From NCBI GenBank assembly GCA_004524565.1, contig SDNZ01000002.1, forward strand, positions 106 to 64,105: 64,000 nt of DNA, given 5' to 3'. The notes beneath the pieces are model-generated. The model was given only the letters and a program-made list of their open reading frames with translations. It was not told the origin of the DNA and did no database searches. The DNA comes from Candidatus Thorarchaeota archaeon. Its GTDB lineage: Archaea; Asgardarchaeota; Thorarchaeia; Thorarchaeales; Thorarchaeaceae. The translations under genes and the position numbers were made by a program. Positions 59,145 to 64,000 of the stretch are shown here, one piece after another. Within the stretch, counting starts at the first letter, position 1, and each line of letters starts with the position of its first letter.

Positions 59145-59905
59145 TGGCACATGGACCAACATACAGAGTAAAGTTCAGACGCCGCCGAGAGGGCAAGACA
59201 AACTACTATCGTCGAAAAAGCCTTCTACAATCAAGGCGTCCAAGACTGGTCGTAAGAAAGACAAACACAAGTACACTGGTTCAGATCATAACCGCTAACG
59301 TTGTTGGTGATATGACCCTAGCATCAGCTATTGCCAGTGAATTGTCTGATCATGGTTGGAACGCAGGTACTGGTAACCTCCCTGCAGCTTATCTTACTGG
59401 ATTTCTTGCAGGACTACGAGCAAAGAATAGAGGAGTCAAAGAGGCAGTCCTTGATGTAGGTCTCAATCCACCTATCAAGGGCTCAAGAATCTATGCAGCA
59501 CTCAAAGGTGTAGTCGATGCTGGTATTGAAGTGCCCCATAGCCCAGAGATTCTTCCTGATGAAGATCGAATTTCTGGTAAACATATCGTTGATAGCTATG
59601 AACACTACAGCACTATCAAAGAAACTCAGATGTTCTCCAAAATTGGTAAACCTAAGACCACTATCACGACAATTCCAAAGCAATTTGACAATGTGAAGAA
59701 AACCCTTCTAGAGATTCCCGCTGCGACTCTAAAGAAGACGAAGACTCGAAAGGCACCTGCAAAGGCTGCTAAAAAACCAGCGGCAAAGAAACCAAAGAAG
59801 GAAGTTCCTGAGGTTAAACCACCTCGCGCTGTGCCAAGGAAACCCAAGCCCAAGAAGCTGATCGCTCGAGGTAAGGGTAAGAAAGGCAAGAGGAGCAAGA
59901 AATAG
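59144..59905 (+). CDS. rpl18: 50S ribosomal protein uL18 with a Lys-rich C-terminal tail
   Basis: 253 aa. GPTYRVKFRRRREGKTNYYRRKSLL..RPRLVVRKTN core. The last 60 aa or so are K/P/A-rich. Confidence 0.95.
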   Translation: MAHGPTYRVKFRRRREGKTNYYRRKSLLQSRRPRLVVRKTNTSTLVQIITANVVGDMTLASAIASELSDHGWNAGTGNLPAAYLTGFLAGLRAKNRGVKEAVLDVGLNPPIKGSRIYAALKGVVDAGIEVPHSPEILPDEDRISGKHIVDSYEHYSTIKETQMFSKIGKPKTTITTIPKQFDNVKKTLLEIPAATLKKTKTRKAPAKAAKKPAAKKPKKEVPEVKPPRAVPRKPKPKKLIARGKGKKGKRSKK

Positions 59906-59915
59906 GGGATGATTT

Positions 59916-60593
59916 GTGATGAGTAAACAAAGAAGACGAAGAGCACCCCGAGCTGAAGTCAATCCGTTAGATGAATGGGTACCAAAGACAAAACTTGGCA
60001 GATTAGTCAAGGATGGTCACATTAACAGTATAGAAGAGATATTGCGAAACAACTACAGAATCAGGGAGCCTGAGATTGTTGATGCTCTGTTCCCAGATTT
60101 GAGACAGGAAGTTGTAGATGTTAGCATGGTGCAACGACAGTCTGATAGCGGGCAGCAGAAAAGCTTCAGATTGACTGTTATTATTGGAAACGGTGAAGGT
60201 GTACTCGGGATTGGAATTGGCAAAGCCCCAGAATTTGTGCCTGCAGTACGAGCTGCTGAAGCACGAGCTAAACTAAACATCACAATGTTCAGGAGAGGCT
60301 GCGGTTCCTGGGAATGTCGATGTCATGATCCACACAGTATTCCATTCGAGGTAGATGGCACCTCTGGGTCGGTTAAAGTTACACTGAGACCTGCACCTAA
60401 AGGAACTGGTCTTGTGACTGCAGATGTGGGTAAGATTGTTCTCAGAATCGCTGGGCTTCATGATGTATGGTCTATTACAAAAGGGCGGTCCAGAACCTCA
60501 TCTAACTTTGCCAAAGCATTCGTTAAGGCACTCACAAAGACATACAGAATGCTTCCACCTCAAGAGTGGGTATCATCAGGAGTGACTGAGTGA
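59916..60593 (+). CDS. rps5: 30S ribosomal protein uS5
   Basis: 225 aa. WVPKTKLGRLV...VVDVSMVQRQSDSGQQKSFRLTVIIGNGEGVLGIGIGKA. Confidence 0.95.
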   Translation: MMSKQRRRRAPRAEVNPLDEWVPKTKLGRLVKDGHINSIEEILRNNYRIREPEIVDALFPDLRQEVVDVSMVQRQSDSGQQKSFRLTVIIGNGEGVLGIGIGKAPEFVPAVRAAEARAKLNITMFRRGCGSWECRCHDPHSIPFEVDGTSGSVKVTLRPAPKGTGLVTADVGKIVLRIAGLHDVWSITKGRSRTSSNFAKAFVKALTKTYRMLPPQEWVSSGVTE

Positions 60594-61078
60594 TGAGTGA
60601 AACAGAGAAACTGATCTTAGCTATCAGAGTACGAGGTCAGGTTAGAGTTCGCCCTCAAATCGAGGACACTCTTGATAAACTTCTACTCGGGCGGCTGCAT
60701 CAAGCTAGACTATTTACACTCTCATCAAGCTTGAGCGGGATGATTGCAAAGTCAAAAGACTATATCACATGGGGTGAACCAACTGAGGAAGTAGTTGAGA
60801 AGCTTCTCAGGAAGCGAGGTCGTCTTCCAGCTAATGGTAGATTGACCGATGCCTATGTGAAGAAGAACTCAAGCCATAGTAGTATCAAAGCTTTAGCAAA
60901 GGCGATTGTTTCAGGAACAGGTAAAGTATCTGATGTTGAAGGTTTGAAGCCAGTCTTTAGATTGACACCACCATCAAAAGGGTACAAAGGTAAGAAACGA
61001 AGCCTCCCGGTAGGCATGGGTGGTATTACTGGAGATCGTGGTGAAGGTATAAACGAACTCGCGGTAAGTATGATGTGA
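60590..61078 (+). CDS. rpl30: 50S ribosomal protein uL30
   Basis: 162 aa. LAIRVRGQVRVRPQIEDTLDKLLLGRLHQARL. Confidence 0.93.
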   Translation: MMSETEKLILAIRVRGQVRVRPQIEDTLDKLLLGRLHQARLFTLSSSLSGMIAKSKDYITWGEPTEEVVEKLLRKRGRLPANGRLTDAYVKKNSSHSSIKALAKAIVSGTGKVSDVEGLKPVFRLTPPSKGYKGKKRSLPVGMGGITGDRGEGINELAVSMM

Positions 61079-61088
61079 GGTTAGTAAA

Positions 61089-61607
61089 ATGTCTTGGGAC
61101 AACGATGATGAAGCCAGAAAGAATTTGCGCCGATACTTGGGCGATTTCATTCCTGAAGAAATGATTCAGCAGATAGAAGAAATGATGGAACGGATGATGT
61201 CAGGAATGAATGAAGGTGCATTTATGGATCCTGAAAAGTTTCAGGAGCTCCTCAGAAATCCTGAGGGAATCAATCCATTCACCTTTGGCTTCTCGATGAG
61301 ACTTGGCCCAGACGGAAAGCCCATGATGCAGAAATTTGGAAACACACCAGGAACAGAAGAGCACACTCTAGAACCCTTGGTAGATGTTGTAGAGGAAGAT
61401 GATGAAATCATCGTTGTAGCTGAGGTCCCTGGAGTTGAGAGGGATGAGATCAAGGTTCGAATCAAAGGATCTTCGTTAACAATCCATGCGGAGAATCCAG
61501 AGCGGCCATATCACAAGGTCATCGAATTGCCCTCCAAAGTAATGAAAGACGAAGCAAAATCAGCAATACGCAACGGTGTGCTGGAAGTACGATTGAAGAA
61601 AGCATAA
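61089..61607 (+). CDS. Small heat-shock protein (Hsp20/alpha-crystallin family) inserted in the ribosomal-protein cluster
   Basis: 172 aa. Alpha-crystallin domain EPLVDVVEEDDEIIVVAEVPGVERDEIKVRIKGSSLTIHAE...YHKVIELPSKV...AKSAIRNGVLEVRLKK. It lies 10 nt after the uL30 stop and 13 nt before the uL15 start. Confidence 0.85.
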   Translation: MSWDNDDEARKNLRRYLGDFIPEEMIQQIEEMMERMMSGMNEGAFMDPEKFQELLRNPEGINPFTFGFSMRLGPDGKPMMQKFGNTPGTEEHTLEPLVDVVEEDDEIIVVAEVPGVERDEIKVRIKGSSLTIHAENPERPYHKVIELPSKVMKDEAKSAIRNGVLEVRLKKA

Positions 61608-61620
61608 GGAGAAAGCAGCC

Positions 61621-62070
61621 ATGCAGAAACGAAAATCAAAGAAAATTAACAAATTGAGAGGTCAACGGTCAGCCGGATACGGGTTCACTAAAGGACATAG
61701 AGCCGCAGGACAAAGAGGCGGAAAGGGAATGGCCGGTTCAAAGAAGCATCACTACATCAAAATAATGATAGAAAACCCAAGATACTTTGGTAAGTGGGGC
61801 TTCAAAAGACCACAGAAGCTGCTAGATACTCCAGTTGTTCTCAATATTGGTGAGATTGATGAAGCTGCAGATCGACTCGTAGAAAAAGGCATTGCGACAA
61901 TGACTGGGAAGCGATACAATATTGACGTTTCCAGGCTTGGCATTGACCGAATTCTTGGGTCTGGAAAAGTCACTCGAAAGCTAAACCTGACTGGTGTTCA
62001 ATCCATCACCCCCCGTGCAAGGGAAAAAGTTACGGGTATTGGTGGTACTATTGACCTGCCAGCTGAGTAG
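61621..62070 (+). CDS. rpl15: 50S ribosomal protein uL15
   Basis: 149 aa. KINKLRGQRSAGYGFTKGHRAAGQRGGKGMAGSKKHH. Confidence 0.95.
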   Translation: MQKRKSKKINKLRGQRSAGYGFTKGHRAAGQRGGKGMAGSKKHHYIKIMIENPRYFGKWGFKRPQKLLDTPVVLNIGEIDEAADRLVEKGIATMTGKRYNIDVSRLGIDRILGSGKVTRKLNLTGVQSITPRAREKVTGIGGTIDLPAE

Positions 62071-62271
62071 GTATAATACTTCACTGACCATGTAGGACGT
62101 GGGTCTTTCTGATTAACTATGTTGAATCATAGTTGTCGAGAACCTATGGTGAAAAGTCTGTGTGGACAGGATAATTACTCAGATTCATCCCAGACAACAT
62201 ACCCATCACTCCAACAGTTTTGAGATGAGTTGACTAACTACTATCCATTGAGTACGTTTGCTCTTATTACG

Positions 62272-62282
62272 ATATATTTAAA
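62272..62282 (+). promoter_or_regulatory. TATA-like element upstream of secY
   Basis: ATATATTTAAA lies about 50-60 nt upstream of the secY start. AGGAG at 62316-20 serves as the SD (10 nt before TTG 62331). Confidence 0.35.
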
Positions 62283-62330
62283 GGTGCAGCAAATCTCGAC
62301 CGACAAAATACCTGCAGGAGTCAATCTATT

Positions 62331-63854
62331 TTGACCTCGATGTTTCTAAGAGCTTTGTCACCATTTGTCAGGGTAATGCCTGAAGTAAGGGCGCCTGACC
62401 GAGAGGTGAGTTTCCGCGAAAAATTTGTTTGGACCGCTGGGGTTCTCATAATCTTCCTGATCATGTCCCACATGCCGCTTTATGGAGTTGATAGGACAGT
62501 AGGAACAGACTATCTATGGGCTATGCGAGTTATCCTTGCTAGCACTAGAGGAACTCTCATGGAGTTGGGTATAGGACCAATCGTAACTGCAGGTCTGGTC
62601 ATGCAGCTCCTTTCAGGTTCAAAAATAATTAATGTAGACTTTGGAGATCCAGAAGACCGTGCACTCTTTACTGGTGGTCAGAAAGTCATTGCACTCTTCA
62701 TGACTGGCTTTCAGGCTATTGCTTACATTGCTGGAAATGCCTATGGTGCACTTACACCAACAAATGCACTCCTCGTCTTTGCACAATTGTTGATGGCTGG
62801 AATTATTGTTATTCTTATGGATGAACTTGTACAGAAGGGTTGGGGTCTTGGTTCTGGAGTATCACTCTTCATCATGACCAATGTTGCGGGTCAAGTTCTG
62901 TTCAACATGCTTGACTTTACCCAGACTGAGGGTGTTGGCCCAGCAGGTTACATCGGTGCAGATCCTACTAATCCAGAAGCTACTGGTCTTCCAAAGGGAA
63001 TCATCGCAGCAATTATCGCGAACATCATGCGTGCCTTTGGTATTGGAACAACTACTGGTCAAGCTGTGGATGCGTCGTGGTTCGTCTTTAGAGACACATT
63101 TTCACCCAGTCTCTTCTCACTCATGATTACGTTTGTAATATTCGGAGCGGTCATTTGGCTAGAATCTGTGCGTGTAGAAATACCTCTACAATATGCCAAG
63201 TACAGAGGAATGAAGGCAAGATATCCTATCAAACTCCTCTACACTTCAAACATCCCTGTCATTCTGGCACAGGCACTCTACGCAAATATTCTGTTCTTTG
63301 GACAGATGATATGGAGTGCAGCGAATAGTGACAACAGTAATCCGTTCTTGAGTTGGATTGGAACGTTTGTGCGGGAGGAGTCATCAGGACGGATGATTGC
63401 TACGTATGGCTTGGCGAAATACATAACGCCGCCGCAAGGCATCTTCAGTCTTGTCCAGGAAGGAGCTGAAGGTTGGGTTCACGTTATCATCTATGCCTCG
63501 CTTATGATACTCCTCTGTTGGGGCTTCTCGAAAGTGTGGGTTGATATCAGTGGTATCGCGCCTCGAGATGTATCTCGACAGTTGCTCAACTCCGGTTACA
63601 TGGTTCCTGGGTTCAGGACTAGTGAGAAGGTCATGGAGCGATTGCTAGAGCGCTACATTCCCATAGTCGCAGGGCTTGGAGGTTTCCTCATCGGAGTGCT
63701 CGCCGCTACGGCGGATATCTTTGGAGCTCTGGCGAGTGGAACGGGGATATTGCTGATGGTGTCAATCATAAAGCAGTATTACGAACAAATTGCGAAGGAG
63801 CAACTTGCAGGCATGGGCGGCGAAGGAGTCGCTGGTCTGTTAGGAATACTGTAG
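62331..63854 (+). CDS. secY: Protein translocase subunit SecY (Sec61-alpha homolog)
   Basis: 507 aa, 10-TM layout. ...FREKFVWTAGVLIIFLIMSHMPLYG..., GIGPIVTAGLVMQLL, NIPVILAQAL. TTG 62331 has better SD spacing than the alternative ATG 62340. Confidence 0.95.
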   Translation: MTSMFLRALSPFVRVMPEVRAPDREVSFREKFVWTAGVLIIFLIMSHMPLYGVDRTVGTDYLWAMRVILASTRGTLMELGIGPIVTAGLVMQLLSGSKIINVDFGDPEDRALFTGGQKVIALFMTGFQAIAYIAGNAYGALTPTNALLVFAQLLMAGIIVILMDELVQKGWGLGSGVSLFIMTNVAGQVLFNMLDFTQTEGVGPAGYIGADPTNPEATGLPKGIIAAIIANIMRAFGIGTTTGQAVDASWFVFRDTFSPSLFSLMITFVIFGAVIWLESVRVEIPLQYAKYRGMKARYPIKLLYTSNIPVILAQALYANILFFGQMIWSAANSDNSNPFLSWIGTFVREESSGRMIATYGLAKYITPPQGIFSLVQEGAEGWVHVIIYASLMILLCWGFSKVWVDISGIAPRDVSRQLLNSGYMVPGFRTSEKVMERLLERYIPIVAGLGGFLIGVLAATADIFGALASGTGILLMVSIIKQYYEQIAKEQLAGMGGEGVAGLLGIL

Positions 63855-63860
63855 AATAAG

Positions 63861-63895
63861 GAGGGGATCATTCATCCCCTCTCCTCTCATTTTTA
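63861..63895 (+). terminator. Perfect hairpin plus T-tract after secY
   Basis: GAGGGGAT (63861-68) pairs with ATCCCCTC (63874-81) across a 5-nt loop, followed by ...CATTTTT. Confidence 0.45.
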
Positions 63896-64000
63896 CATCA
63901 ATATTTGAAGTTGAAAAAAAAGAGAGAGGATTAACCCCTCTCATAAACAATCTAAAACCCAATATCTAGATTTACAATCTTATTTTGCTTGACCTGATAC

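Noticed and set aside
1-64000. I looked for CRISPR arrays, long direct or inverted repeats, transposases, integrases, toxin-antitoxin pairs and restriction-modification or other defence genes.
   Set aside because: Reading the ORF translations and intergenic regions turned up none. The only repetitive DNA is the intragenic low-complexity coding sequence in uS3, eL32 and uL18. A computational repeat search was not possible.

Overview
The window reads as an archaeal chromosomal segment, densely coded on both strands. I saw no rRNA, CRISPR array, transposase or integrase. All calls come from reading the supplied translations and the DNA by eye. No homology search, HMM, RNA-folding or tRNA-scanning tool was run, and family names rest on motifs quoted in the evidence fields.

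**Archaeal identity**
- A ribosomal-protein cluster runs in canonical archaeal order, 52281-63854: uL22, uS3, uL29, RNase P Rpp29, uS17, uL14, uL24, eS4, uL5, uS14, uS8, uL6, eL32, eL19, uL18, uS5, uL30, [sHSP insert], uL15, SecY.
- Other archaeal markers are two TFB paralogs, aSUI1, RpoP, type-2 methionine aminopeptidase, the tRNA-splicing endonuclease EndA, GGGP synthase and an archaeal-type LeuRS.

**Most notable content**
1. A compact selenocysteine-machinery island at 23215-27478. It holds PSTK, a 9/4-fold tRNA-Sec(UCA), SepSecS, SelB and an embedded uncharacterised 217-aa ORF.
2. Next to that island, a co-directional array of small Cys-rich or zinc proteins around a PurM/SelD-superfamily protein and a ModE-like regulator.
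3. A Rab/Ras-like small GTPase directly downstream of a 528-aa protein with a longin/roadblock-like N-terminus, plus a separate Roadblock/LC7 protein. This eukaryote-like signature is typical of Asgard-type archaea; that lineage assignment is inference only.
4. Redox modules:
   - a translationally coupled MoaD-like, cyclic amidohydrolase, ferredoxin and tungsten-type AOR operon;
   - a four-gene cluster with an MvhD-ferredoxin fusion, a CooF-like ferredoxin and two paralogous Cys-motif proteins;
   - an orphan HdrA followed by MobA, with convergent HypD.
5. Oddities in the ribosomal cluster:
   - an Hsp20 gene between uL30 and uL15;
   - long charged tails on uS3, eL32 and uL18;
   - a structured ~240-nt region upstream of uL22;
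   - a ~260-nt spacer before secY.
6. A Get3/ArsA ATPase whose stop codon overlaps the start of a 34-aa tail-anchor-like mini-ORF.

**Start codons.** Many genes use GTG or TTG starts preceded by GGAGG or GGTGA-like Shine-Dalgarno motifs. Several ORF-track starts were trimmed on that basis.
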